Positions 51,737 through 64,000 of a DNA stretch of 64,000 nucleotides are shown piece by piece (the first letter of the stretch is position 1; every line of letters begins with the position of its first letter). The translations under genes and the position numbers were made by a program. This stretch comes from Marsupella aquatica (Eukaryota > Plantae > Marchantiophyta): positions 9,135,539-9,199,538 of the forward strand of contig OZ316896.1 in NCBI GenBank assembly GCA_973895155.1. The letters run 5' to 3'. The notes beneath the pieces were generated by a model. The model saw only the letters and a list, made by a program, of their open reading frames with translations, made no database searches and was not told the DNA's origin.

Positions 51737-52240
51737 GCCTCGCCCCACTCCCTCCTTCTTCCCTTCTCCCCTGCCCCACTCTTTTTAAGGACATTTTTTT
51801 AAGGACATTTTTTTACTTGACAACATGTTTCATATAACAACTTCTTTGGTGACACCACTTCTTTGTTTTAATGACATCTTTTTACTTGATGACATCATTT
51901 ACATAACTACTTCTTTGGCAACACAATTTCTTTTTTTAATGACATCTTTTTTCATAATAACATCATTGGCAACACGACCCTGGACACGACCTCTATTTTC
52001 TTGATGACATCTTGGGCTGACACAACATCTTTTTGTCTACACGACATCTTGGCCAACACAATATCTTTTTCCTCAACAATGTCTTGGCCAACAGGGCACT
52101 TTTTTCTCAACCACATCTTGGCCGAATATGACATTTTCTTCTCAACGACGTCTTGGTCGACACAACATCTTTTGTGCAACAGAAGGGTATTGAGCTAGTG
52201 GGAGCATCATTTTCAGTCCACAGGTGCTTCAAATTCCATT

Positions 52241-52392
52241 TGCCACACTTGTTGAAAAGTAGACACCTTGATAGAATTTGATAGAATGGCTGCCACACTT
52301 GCTGAAAAGGAAACTCCTTAATAGAATTAAATAGAATGGCTGCCACACTTGCTGAAAAGGAGACACCTTAATAGAGAATTTAATAGAATGGC
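52241..52392. repeat. Tandem repeat of about 51 bp x3, with an inverted copy at about 51618-51650
   Basis: tgccacacttg.tgaaaag.a.ac.cctt.atagaa x3; its reverse complement ttaaggagtttccttttcagcaagtgtggcagc is at about 51618. Confidence 0.85.
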
Positions 52393-55082
52393 CAAGCTGT
52401 CTTTTTTGGGTGTGCCGAATCTCAGCCACGCCATTGATGAATATGGGCATGAGAAAGAATGAGAATGTTCCCCACTGAACCACTTTCCTTTCCTTTCCTT
52501 TCCTTTCCATAAAGTCTTTGCTTGCACAACAATTGCATTTTGCACGGGTCCATCAAAATCATCATTGTCCTTCGTCCATCGCTAGTCAACCAGACACTCT
52601 TGGCGCTCGTGCTCCTGCGGGAATGGCCATCTCCTCGTTGTTCTTGCCTGATTGAGAATGAGCGGAAGCGGAAATCGAATCGAAGCGCAGCGGAGTTCAG
52701 AGTTCATATACTGGAGAATGTGGCGATGTTGGGAGAGGAGAGTAGATTGCTGCCAACGTCCTCGCAGAAGTGCGAGAATTCAGGATGAGCGAATGATGGG
52801 ACCCACAGAGCAGAGAATGATCTATCACCTGAATTGGCTATCGGACGTAACCTTGAGGTCTGAGTAGACTTGGTGTCCCTGTTGGTGCACGAGATGAGAT
52901 GGAAGAAGTGAAGACTGACGCGACACTAAAGCATCCCACTGTACAACTGTGAGGATCTACCTACAGATACCTATGCCCTAGGCCGTCTCTAGATTTCGAT
53001 TCGTCAGGAGCGGAAGAGTCCTCGTCGCCACCCGCCCTGCAGCCATCGCTTGCAAGACATAGAGAAACCAGGAGTAAGTTGATGGAACGCAGAGAATCGA
53101 TGTGCATCGAAGTAGAGAGCGGAAGAGCGTGAGACAGATTATGTGCCTGAGTGAAAGTGAGAAGGGAGATACCTAAGCTTCGCGTAATGCAAGCGACTGC
53201 CGTTGCAATCAGGGCTGACGCCGGACAGGACCATGTAAGACAGAGTAGAGGTGGTTGCTTGTTGCACGGAATGTTAGTGCCGCTGGTTGCGGACTGCACA
53301 CGATATGGTTTCGTTGTCAGGGATAGGTTTCTGGGGCAAAGCCGGAATGATTAGCCAGAGGTGGAACGACGGCAGGAGCGATGAGGAGGAGGAGGCGGGC
53401 GCAGAGGGAGAGAGAGGAGAAGACGGAGGCCATATTCTGTTAGGTGGATTGGAGTGGATCTCACTTGCTTAGGCAGAAGTTTCCGCGATTTAGAACAAGA
53501 AGCGGAACCCTTTACATGTGTTCGAAGACAGGAAGAATTGTTTTCTGAGTAAGGTTACCCTGCACTGGTACGATTTGTAGTACTGATTTATCGATGAATT
53601 TCATGGCAGCCGGCTATCACCGGGATCACGCACTTGTACTGTTGCCATCACAAAGAAGAGCTCAACTTCAGCACCATCCCAGGGGGGATGATTTCATTCA
53701 ATAGTTTCGGTGAGTGCGTCTGTCCCCTGCCTTCCTTCCTTCCCTTAACGGCTTCGTCGATCGCCCAGTCATCCAGTTACCAGAAATCGATGAGTCTTAA
53801 CGCAGCAATGTCTTTCATTGCTAATCACAACCCTATCCCGGAACCTAAGACTCATCAGACCGAAAGACTCTGGCCTTTTCATTTAATGACTAATTAAATT
53901 CCTGTTACAATGTCCCCAACGGACGAGACGGTTGTTCTAAGGAATGGTCTCGGCAGTGCTCCAGGGAGCTTCACGGATATTGATTATCTATTCCACCATC
54001 TCTGCGGGGGATGGTGTAACCACAAGCAGAACTCGTTGTTTACGTACTGGTCGTAACCGAATAGTCTTTTCCGATTGTCTCAGCAGCAATATGCAAGACC
54101 AACCAGAGTGTTATAATTCCCTTGCTGCGAAATTTTGGAGTGTCAGGATCTTCGAATAAATATCCCCAAATTGAAGTACTGCAAGTTGTTTTGGCAAACA
54201 ACTTGCAAACAACATCTCGGTGCTACATGAATTTGCATTTTATGAGCCCAGGACCTTGCCGTTGTACTCTGATCTTGGCCTTCGACTCATCAGTCAAAGC
54301 TAATACCCATTCATGAGCTTTCTAGCCGGCTCTCCCATTCATTTATTCATGCCTAGTACCGCTATGAACCTTCTCGCCAGGTAGTAGCCGTCTGTCACTT
54401 GACTTCACCTGTGCTGTACTTAAAGAATCTTGCAAACATTGTGAAAGGTGATATCAGAAGGAAGGGATTTCTCTTGCTTAAGTGCATACCATCTACCTGG
54501 ACGGCTGGGGAAATACAAACAATCGGATTTTGCCACCAGGTTGTTAGAGTCCAGTAGACCTTTACTTTCAGAAGATCTCAAAACCATACCCGTAAACCGT
54601 TGTTGAGTCTCGCAGCATCCACATATCAATAACATGCATTAGTATGTGTGTATAGGTTTCGGACGGATCTTCTCTTGAAGTGAGTCTTCCTCCTCCCATT
54701 GAATATTATCACATTCACATCTATCCAACCTCCTTTTGTTCTTAGGCACCTTGAAACAAACGCCTTGAAACAAACGATGGAATGAATTAAAAAGGGAACT
54801 GTTCTGGTTGGTCTTTCGAAGGCCTGGATTTTTTAGAGCTTAGTGCTACATCGGTACTGAATTTCTTTCGCAGGGGAGCCTTCAGAGGAAGTGATCGAAT
54901 GTTTTCACCGCGTGTCCTATGTTTCGTAATCTGGACGCGAATGGCATACAGTTGAGCTTGGACACTGACGATTACTTTTTGTTCTCTATGTCTTTGTGGC
55001 AGTTGTCCATTTGTGTGGAAACCGTTTTGAGTGGGTTCTCCCAGGTTTGGAGGAGATTGCTTGCTTTGCCCTTGACCTAGTT

Positions 55083-57619
55083 ATGGGCTGTTTCAATTCA
55101 AAACGGTCCAGACAGCCACCTGGATATGAGGACCCCTGTCTTCTAGCTTCAGAAACAGCGTGTAAGTTGCGTGCAGGCCAATGTTCCACTTAACCCTGTT
55201 CTTTGTACTCAGAACTAAATATCTCACAGAAACTTTGAACGAAAACATTTTCTCCTGCAAACTTTCTCCTGCACGCTTTTGACACTTGTGCGCAGTTTAT
55301 CAATGGGCCTCTCAACTCATGCACAATGGCAAAGGATTAGCCTGGCAAGTGCATTCGCGCAGCTAAGCTTTTCGCAGCTGTTCTTTGTTCTTGCCCTGGA
55401 ACTGAGGACTAAGCAATCTTTGAACCGAGTGTGCTGGAGTTCATAACAAAAGGGAATCGTGCTGTTCCACTTAGTTATCATTCACTCGTAGCTTCCTGCT
55501 GCATTCAGTTTTGGTTTCACTTGGAGCAGTTTGACTGTTTTGACACTATAAACTTGTGGCAGTTAGCGTCAGCGAAGTTGAGGCCTTGTTTGAGCTGTTC
55601 AAGAAACTGAGTAGCTCTGTCATTGATGATGGCCTTATCCATAAGGTAATCATATGATGCCTGATCAAGCTGACTGTTTCCCAAAATTCTCTTAATGCTA
55701 GTTGTGCTCGTTTGTCTCTTGTTCTCTCAAGTAGATAATGTCTTTCGTCGGAGATATGACGCATGTAGCAATGTTAAGATGAACCTTCTACATACAAAAG
55801 GGTGCTATTAGTGTCGTGCTGTGAAGGGCATAGACCCTTCTTCCAATTGTAGACGTTATAATGTCCACAACAGAAGGAAGACAACATCGCTTGTCTTCCT
55901 TCTGTTTGCCTGCCCTCAGTGTTTGCGACATGTGACATCAATTGCTTATATGACAGGAAGAGTTCCAGCTGGCATTATTTAAAAATAGCAAGAGGGAGAA
56001 CCTTTTTGCAGACAGGGTAAGTGGTAGACTAGACGCATCTCTTTAATGAAGTCTTGAAGTTGAGTCTGGTAATTGCACCCGAATGACTAGTTGAAAGTGT
56101 CCAGGAGCATTTAATGCTCTTCGCACTTTCCCTTCACTCTTAATAATTGCTCAATTGTGGCCCAGGCGATGAAAAAGAGGCATCACATCATATAGCCTGG
56201 GGAAGGGTAATTGAAGTTCTATTGAGAGTACCATGTTTCGCCATGACTTGAGATTGGCAGGTGTTTGATCTTTTCGACATAAAGCGAAATGGCGTTATTG
56301 AGTTCGGTGAATTTGTTCGAGCTCTCAGCATCTTCCATCCGCATACTCCTGTGGAGGAGAAACAAGATTGTGAGTAGCTCGACTGAAGGACGAAGTAGTA
56401 GCCTTATCAGTTGTGAAGGACGAAGTAGTAGCCTTAACAGTTGGAGAGCCTTATCAGTATGAGTTCCCGTAAAATCTCATTCTCGTTTGTCGTCAAGCGA
56501 ATGTCAAATAATATTAAGAATTCTTTTTCCGTGGTGGATGCAGTTGCATTTAAGTTGTATGATCTGAGGCAGACGGGTTACATTGAACGAGAAGAGGTAA
56601 GTCAGCCCTTGTATCATTCCACCGTGCTTGCTAGTTTCAGAATTCAGTTTCCAATGCTTCAGAATTTTATGTTCCATTTCCAGAATTAATAATTTGACAC
56701 AGATTACCTCTTTCTCTGCAACCAACAGTTCGATTTCACAGGTGATGAAAATGCTGCTTGTTGTAAGGGTGCGCTCGAGATGCAATGGTTCCTTTTAGCC
56801 CGTAATAGCTGAGCTTTGACATTTTAAATTGGCGTCATTGTCCTTTGGAGCAGGTGAAGCAAATGCTCATAGCCCTACTGTCAGAATCAGACATGAAGCT
56901 TACAGATGAAGTTATTGAGACTATTCTGGATAAGGTATCCCGCTCTCCGTATCTCCTGTAGCTTTTTAGTTATTTGGTTGAAAAGAACTTCAGTTTTGGC
57001 ACCCAGGTTTATGAGTCTTCGACAAGGAACGATTCCACCAGATCCAGAGCAGAGTACAAAGCATGTACAAAGGTTGAAATGGAGCCCTCGTACAAGCTGG
57101 AGTATACCTACAATGGTTGAATATAGCTGGAGTAGTTGTGGTGCTGATTGTTTCTAATGCTACTCTGTGCAGACGTTTGCGGAAGCAGATACAAAACATG
57201 ATGGTAGGATTGATAAAGATGAATGGAGGGATCTTGTGACGGCGCATCCATCTTTGATGCGAAACATGACTCTGCCTTATCTGAAGTAAATGCTCTTATC
57301 TTGTTCTCTCAAGTGTTTTCTGATATTTGTTTGGTTTTATGGTTTTACATGCTGCACCTTAATTGAACCACTGGTTTGTCAGAGGGTCTTTCTCCATCCT
57401 CATGAGCTTTGAGAGCTGATTTTCTACTGAGTTCTCTAGTGCAAATAGGGTGGGTGTTTATCATAAGGTTCAATGTGGAAGAAAGTTTTTGTTTTCAAGT
57501 AGCAATCATAGGTTGCTTAGCCCATCTCATGGTTATTTGTTGTTTGAACGTGCAGAGATATCACCACAGCTTTTCCTAGCTTCGTTTTCCATTCAGAGGT
57601 AGATGATGGAGGCTCTTAA
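55083..57619 (+). CDS. CBL: Calcineurin B-like (CBL) EF-hand calcium sensor with an N-terminal MGCxxS lipidation motif; 8 exons, 213 aa
   Basis: Exons 55083-55161, 55563-55645, 55957-56016, 56261-56369, 56544-56596, 56854-56934, 57173-57285 and 57556-57619 total 642 nt with GT-AG introns. Protein: MGCFNSK...[36 protein letters not shown]...[17 protein letters not shown]. Confidence 0.96.
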
Positions 57620-59291
57620 GTTGGCTGGTAATGCTGTCTACGCATGAGGATGTGGATCAGGAACTGGATCAAATTGCATTGTTCAGCCCAATCGTCGAAA
57701 TATTCTACCTCTCGTACTTTCTTTGGGTGTTGAAGTTTCTGGGATTTTCCATCAACTGAACCTTCATCAGATTTCACATAAACGGACAGCAGAAGGCCTT
57801 GAAGGGGAAGCGTCACTGGAATAGCCGTTCGACTGGAAGACTTTTCTCCAAGACTGCAATGTAGTTTTGTTTCGTCTATGATTTCCTCGAACCCTTGTCT
57901 TAGGACACCATATTGAATAGATGTGTTCATTATTATACGCGACTTTGGGGGTGGAATGCTACTGATATTAGGCATTGATGAAGTTCAGACAAACGTTGGA
58001 AATAGTTGTCTCGGAGTTTATTGGGACATCCCATGGTATCCCATCCGTTAGTGTTCGATCAGTAAGGACCGGATGTAGGAGAATGAGTGTATGAGGAAAA
58101 ATGGTTTTCTACACGGGATGGATCAGGCTTTGCAATAGTCAGTGAAGAGCTATACCTGGTTTGGATAGAACGACTTCATAGCCTTTGAGGAGACCAATCG
58201 CAAGATTCTTACTGCCAAAGCTTGAGGAGCCAATCACTTCAACGTTTGAGTAGACAGTGATTGCTCTACACTCAGTTCGGCGTCCACTGACCTTGTGTGT
58301 GGTTTATCATGGCACTTCACAGAGACGGGGAGAAATACGGGAAAGTGGAATGTCGTCCCTAGTTTGCTTCAAGATTTTCAACGTAAGCTCGTCAAACTAC
58401 AGACTAGCTACATTGATGCTACGTTCAGAGCGTTGTTCCAATGAACAATGGTCATGTACATGACTTTTCCTTGTAAATGCAAAGTAATGGTGGCTAGAGG
58501 ACCAAGGATGAATTGCACGTCGAAGGAATCGGTTTGCCCAAGAACAACAGTTGCAGCAGATCGAGGGGTGGAGAGATAGAAAGTGCCACAGGAGTTCGTG
58601 CAACAGACCGAAAAACTGCTTCAATTAGTGCGCCAACTCTTAGGTGTAGGAATCAAAAGGGCCGGTTGAAGATGCCAAAGCAAAAATTAGATAGATGTCG
58701 AAGGTGGTCGAGGACCTTCAAGGGGAACCAGCCAGTGCAATAGCCGTTCAACTAGGAGATTTATGTACAAGTATGTATAATGTAGTTCAGTTAGGTCCAT
58801 GATTTATTAGAAACTATTCCACACCGCTCGCTTAGAACACCATATTGATTTCGTTTGTGCAGATATTGTTTTTGACCTTTGGCTTGGAATGCCCCTCAAT
58901 ATTAAAGGGTCTGGGACTTGGGTGTACCAGATTTGTGATCAACCGCCTTGTGTCTGAAAGTGTAGGTTACTCAAGGAGGGATCTTTTTACGACAAAATGA
59001 ACATTCTCTGACGGTGATTGAATATCAAAAACTCTAATAAGATGTTGTGCTCTTTTTTGAAGTGGTTTTCATTCTTTTTACCACAAAATGAAAATTCTCT
59101 GACGGTGATTGAATATCAAAACCTATAATAAGATGTTGCGCTCTCTTTTAAAGTGGTCGTCATTCAAACATGGTGGGCGGTTTTGTTCGGTGAACAGCCA
59201 AATGGGACGAAAAAAAGCAATAGCTATGGAAAAAAATAAATGCTGCAGCCCTGCCACTGGCTGCATCCGAGAAACTAAAAGGGAAACCAAC

Positions 59292-59631
59292 AACCAACAA
59301 GCTTTGGTCAGTTGGCCAGAGGATGAGCCTAGAACCGAGAGGTCCCAGGTTCAATCTTCCCTCCACACATAAGGGGTGTGGAGGGTATATGTGTATGTGG
59401 GTGGAGTGTAGTGGTGGGAGTATTGATTATCTTCTCAACCCTAGTTGCCCACTTTGGGTTCTGGTTTAATCCTCTCTCCCTCCTGGTCTGGGTACTTGTC
59501 GGATCCCTGGGTATTGTTCCCTTGTGGCTGCTTTACATAGAAATGCATGCTCCAAAGCAGGATGTCTATCCTCTGTACGTCTATCCTCTGTTGGATGGGC
59601 CTGCTTTCGGTTTTTGAGGGCAAAAAAGAAG
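59292..59631 (+). mobile_element. tRNA-derived SINE, copy 1
   Basis: Pol III A box TGGTCAGTTGG and B box GGTTCAATC in a tRNA-like head; A-rich tail; 13-bp TSD AAGGGAAACCAAC (59279-59291 and 59632-59644). Confidence 0.88.
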
Positions 59632-60110
59632 AAGGGAAACCAACCAAATAGAAGTCCCCCCAAAACGAAAACCTTGCAGAAGATGGTCCTAAGAACAATT
59701 GTACTCCCACTAATATAAACAGGTTCTCCAAAACTGAAAGAATAATCTAAAGCAATTCCTAAGCCATGAGGAATGGGGAACCATTCTAAACTTCTGTGAC
59801 AAGACCTAATGATAGGAATAGACCAGAATCAAAACCTAATAAACTGTTGTGCGTTTTTTTGTCATGGTTGTCATTCAAACTTGCTGGTTTTTTTTGGGTG
59901 AAAGAAATCTAAACCAGAAAAAGTGAAACCAATAATTAACACCTTTCAAAAACAACAATACAAGGTCCTGCTCTTTTATAGAGTGGTAGTCTTTCAAATT
60001 TGCAGAGCTTAAAAAGTTAAGAAAGGAATAAGCCCAAAAAGAATTTATTTACATTTAGTGTGAAGGAAAGAGTGACATTTTTTTCAAGAGAGAAAAGGGA
60101 CCTGCCAATG

Positions 60111-60173
60111 CAGGAGAATCAAGTCCTTTATGTGCCATCCACAGGAGAATCAAGTCCTTTATGTGCCATCCAC
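60111..60173. repeat. 31-bp tandem duplication
   Basis: caggagaatcaagtcctttatgtgccatcca x2. Confidence 0.85.
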
Positions 60174-60289
60174 ACATAGGAAGCCATCTATGCATATAAA
60201 TTGCTCCTTCCTCTACCAGTTTTTACCACTATAATACCCTATCCCAGATGGTCAATTTACAATCTAGTAAAAAATCAAGAACCTATTTA

Positions 60290-60576
60290 CTCGGGGGGTT
60301 AACTAAGTGTATATTTTGGGGTACCACGTGCGATCCTAGTCTAATATAAATAGAACTAGTTTTTAAAGAAACTATTCCAAGAATATTCTCTATTTTCAAT
60401 AATAATAATCTATTTTACTTTATAAAGAGTATATATTAAAGAATATTCTATAAACATGAGTTTATAATACCTTCTTTCGCCTCCTACGCTTTTTAAAAAT
60501 TTAGTTAAAATCTGCCAAAAATACATATTTTGGATCGCACGTGGTTCCTAAGATTTTTGATAGTCAACCCCCCGAG
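60290..60576. mobile_element. 287-bp MITE with about 47-bp imperfect TIRs and an 8-bp TSD
   Basis: ctcggggggtt.acta...ccacgtgcgatcc pairs with ggatcgcacgtgg...tagtcaaccccccgag. Flanks cctattta and cctatcta (7 of 8 identical); AT-rich interior. Confidence 0.85.
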
Positions 60577-60810
60577 CCTATCTAGCTTGACCCTTCATCA
60601 TCACATTGTTTTTGAACACGGTCAGATCTATCCATAATTATCCCCCAGCATCTAAAATAAATGTCTGCCCAAGCTGCCCTTTAGCTTGCACCTGCCCAAG
60701 ACTAAAAACTTAATTAAAAATATTTAAATTTATATTCTTAAATTCAAAAGTTTTGAGAAAACTTTGAAAATCTTGAATCTTTAAATTATTTTTCAAAATT
60801 TTCAAAATTG

Positions 60811-61130
60811 AAACCAACTGGCTTTGGTCAGTTGGCCAGAGGATGAGCCTAGAACCGAGAGGTCCCGGGTTCAATCTTCCCTCCACACATAAGGGGTGTG
60901 GAGGGTATGTGTGTGTGGGTGACGTGTAGTGGTGGGAGTATTGATTATCTCCTCAGCCCTGGTTGCCCACTTTGGGTTCTGGTTGGATCCTCTCTCCCTC
61001 CTGGTCTGGGTCCGTGTCGGATCCTTGGGTATTGTCCCCTTGTGGCTGCCCTACATAGACATGCGTGCTCCAAAGCCAGACGTCTATCCTCTATTGGATG
61101 GGCCTGCTTTCGATTTTCAAGGCATTTTTT
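60811..61130 (+). mobile_element. tRNA-derived SINE, copy 2
   Basis: Closely similar to copy 1 over about 300 bp, with its own 12-bp TSD TTTTCAAAATTG (60799-60810 and 61131-61142). Confidence 0.88.
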
Positions 61131-61497
61131 TTTTCAAAATTGTAGTTTTTCTATCACTTGATTGTGCTTGGACTCTATGATGCGGTGGCAGTATCTTGTG
61201 TCTCTAATTTCTATTTGCAATGCACAGGACATTCTTACTCCCTCACTTTGACATCTTTTCTTGCCGTGATGTCATTTTTTTTCACCTTCATATCTTATCT
61301 TTTTTTCACCTTGATATTTTTATTTCACCACAATATCTTTTCTCTCCTTCATATCTTTTTTACAACTTTACATCCTTTTTTTTTTTCAGCTTGCCAGTTT
61401 ACTCTCCTTGGCATATTTTTCTAATTGATCGATCGCTATTTTTGTCTCACGTCAACATCTTTTTTTAATTTTTTTTTTTCACCTATCTTTTCTTCAC

Positions 61498-61583
61498 CTT
61501 TGCAAACTAATCACAAGTATTAGGCTAGTCATGTTCTAACTTTGCAAACTAATCACAAGTATTAGGCTAGTCATGTCCTAACT
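61498..61583. repeat. 42-bp tandem duplication
   Basis: ctttgcaaactaatcacaagtattaggctagtcatgt.ctaa x2. Confidence 0.85.
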
Positions 61584-61716
61584 AGATGATTGTGAGCTGC
61601 ATCGGATGAACTGTGCTGGCGACTGATCCCATTCTAACTCGAATAGAAGTGACATTGATTAGACATTGATTACAGTGCTCTATATATTCAATGCTTTGTA
61701 CCTCATCCTGATCCCG

Positions 61717-62530
61717 TTAGTGTCCAGACTCCAGAGTTTGAGTGAGATATCGAGTGGAGGGTAGGAAAGTCGCAAGACGCCAGATTAAGCAATGATTTAA
61801 GACTTCTCTCTTAAAGCGCTCTAATATTTCTGGGGAGACGATAATGAAGTTCTTGAGGTCAACAGAACAATTTGTTCGGATGTTTCTGCCAAAGGACGAC
61901 GCCAAACAACGCTGACCATGTCAAATTCGAACCCTTCCCCCCCCCCCCCCCCCCCCTTCAAAAAAGACCAAAAAAAAGTTGAACTTCCTGCCTGATCAAA
62001 TCCATCATTCAAAGTCAAGGCAAAGTCATGTTGAAGGACTCTCAACAGGGAAGGTTTTATTGCTTTCCACCTGGCGGCATTGTCCAGGCCTTCCAGACAA
62101 TCAGATACATATATAGCCAGATCTCTCTTAACTCCGAGTGACTCTGATATATCGAGTCCACTCTAAAAACCGCGGTTTATCAGATTAATCTAGCTAGATG
62201 CTCTAGACTGTTTGACAGATCGAAAAAAGGCAGCACAAGTAAATCCAAAACATGCCGGCGGAGGATGAGGCCAGGCTCCCAGGCTGATCGACTGCAGGCC
62301 CTGAGTTGTGTTGTATTCAGCAGCAAGTTCTTTGAGTCGTAAGTTCAAGGAGCTCGATGCATTGGCCTCAAGTATTATTTGCCGGCATTTATTGAACACT
62401 ATTTACAATTGGACTATTGAGGCTGGTTCCGGAGCCGAATTTCCTTCGAAGAAAGGTTTAAGAAACTTTGAAATGACTACCGCGCGCTGCTCTATTCACC
62501 ATTTGAGGGATCGATCGGTCGACTGGTCGA
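61717..62530 (-). pseudogene. Possible decayed coding relic, family not recognised
   Basis: ORFs 62399-62190 and 62045-61821 are in one frame joined by protein-like sequence with isolated stops; a possible frameshift lies at the poly-C run near 61940. Confidence 0.3.
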
Positions 62531-63274
62531 TGTGATTTACCATTCCTTCGATTCTCAATAGTGAGCAGGACTGTCTTTATTATTGGCCATATGCTTATTC
62601 GTCAACTTGATGGATGATGTCGCTCCATCAATCCCTGCATTCAACCACCTGCATATATAGAACATGTCCGCATTGAATCAGATTTTAGGAAAGGGTCTGC
62701 TACTACACACTACAAGCATTTCACAGAACGAAGTGTCCACGTCTTCTTATGATCTCTAGAGAACTTCTTGATCAGAATCAGAGATTGAACTGTAGGGCTA
62801 TTCAACTCCCTCGATCATTAATCCTTTTCATTCTTTGATACTGAGATCATGAAAGGAATTACCACGTCGACTTAATATATATAGAGATCTTCATGATCAG
62901 AATCAGAGATAGAACTCTAGAGATGTTTCACTCCCCATTGATCCTTTTCATTCTCTGGTTCTGAAGATTCGTTGATTCAGAGTCAGAGAATGAAAAAGGA
63001 TCGATGAGGGAGTTCAACGTAATTTGAGGGACATCAAATAAATAAGTCAAGTTCAGATTTGAACTAGCTACAGGTGTAGCCACAATGAGACTTGAGAGTA
63101 ACGATTGTTACAGGAATGGAAAACGAGAGGATTTCACTCAGAAAGTTTTTACAGCCGATCGGCGTCGACAATCTCAGGTCAATTGATCGAAAGCTCGTGA
63201 CAATAACTATTCATAATGCGATTATGGAAATTGAGAAGGCACCGGACTTGGATTTGACCTGACCTGAGTGGCAA

Positions 63275-63644
63275 TTAGTTGAAGGGCAACATAGTCGAGC
63301 ACTCGAGGCGTGATCCAGCGTTGACGTTAAAGAGCTTGGTAATATGGAGGTAGCTCGAAGTACGCGAAGCGGCCGCTTGCGATTCCTTGCCGCACTCCGT
63401 GTGGCCCTCGAGAACGTCAATGCTAGCTCCAAATCCTGGGAAGCGATTCGCAGCGACGTCGGCAGCGGAGGGAGACCACGTCCCGGTCATCACATCGTGG
63501 CCCGACGGCATCTCGTTGGACTCGGGAGTCATCCAAACCCAGAGCGCGGACTTGAAGGAAAGAGTTGCGTCTTTCGTTAGCAGCTCGGGCTCTGCGAGAA
63601 TGTCAGCTCCAATTGCTTTGCTTGCGCTTCCGTAGTTGTAGTTC
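63275..63644 (-). CDS. GH19 chitinase / chitinase-like protein, last exon (5' exons lie beyond the window)
   Basis: Acceptor ctgtag|G at 63645/63644, then (W)NYNYGSASKAIGADILAEPELLTKDATLSFKSALWVWMTP...PSGHDVMTGTWSPSAADVAANRFPGFG...ECG...LECSTMLPFN*, the GH19 C-terminal signature. Confidence 0.92.
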
Positions 63645-64000
63645 CTACAGGTATCATGGATAGCACTTCAATTCTCAGCAACGTATGCACAGTAAATGTT
63701 TCCTCGCTCAACTCAAGCTTTCTGAGAAACCAGAGACGACAAATTGTGTATAGCCGCTATCGGACTATGACCACCATGAAGGCAGAGTAATTTGTAAACT
63801 CTCGATTTTAACAAGTACGTGAGTATATGACGTAAAGATGATCTCAGTCTAAGTGGGAGAAAAAATGTTTAGTGACGGTCTATTCGGTCGATTCATCATC
63901 ATATTCCTGAGCTACTCCTCAGATTCTTAATGGACAAATGAAAGTAGGACAGGATCTACGAGCTTACAGCCCCTTCATGTTAATTCCTGTGTGAGCACGT

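Noticed and set aside
59301-59360. Functional tRNA genes at about 59301 and 60821
   Set aside because: A and B boxes are present but the acceptor and anticodon stems do not pair properly, and similarity continues about 270 bp into a body bounded by TSDs, which indicates a SINE.
61937-61956. Poly-C run as a functional G-quadruplex element
   Set aside because: It is a simple homopolymer of uncertain length with no supporting context.
2572-63644. 3D gene and GH19 gene as a functional cluster of amino-sugar polymer hydrolases
   Set aside because: They are about 58 kb apart, separated by unrelated genes and TEs, with no sign of co-regulation.

Overview
Eukaryotic nuclear DNA from a land plant, most likely a seed-free, bryophyte-grade one (inferred from gene content and GT-AG intron structure). 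Host genes: (i) a five-exon gene on the minus strand (5076-2572) encoding a 181-aa bacterial-type 3D (Asp-Asp-Asp, MltA-like) domain protein, which the ORF track only shows in fragments; (ii) a five-exon DPP4/8/9-family S9B peptidase; (iii) an intronless RETICULATA-RELATED (DUF3411) plastid protein; (iv) an eight-exon calcineurin B-like calcium sensor; (v) the last exon of a GH19 chitinase or chitinase-like gene. Mobile DNA: a CRE-clade-like RT+RLE non-LTR retrotransposon inserted at a TTAGGGGG site, and a full-length Ty1/copia element (LTRs, PBS, PPT, 5-bp TSD). Nested in the copia pol is an 11.9-kb DNA transposon with 17-bp TIRs and an 8-bp TSD that carries a large, decayed P-element/THAP9-like transposase plus about 6 kb of cargo. 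There is also a second solo end of that family, two tRNA-derived SINE copies, two MITE/foldback elements and many tandem duplications. The two best leads are the P-like transposon family and the intron-containing 3D-domain gene (a candidate peptidoglycan-active enzyme). All exon and repeat coordinates were read by eye; no database search was run.
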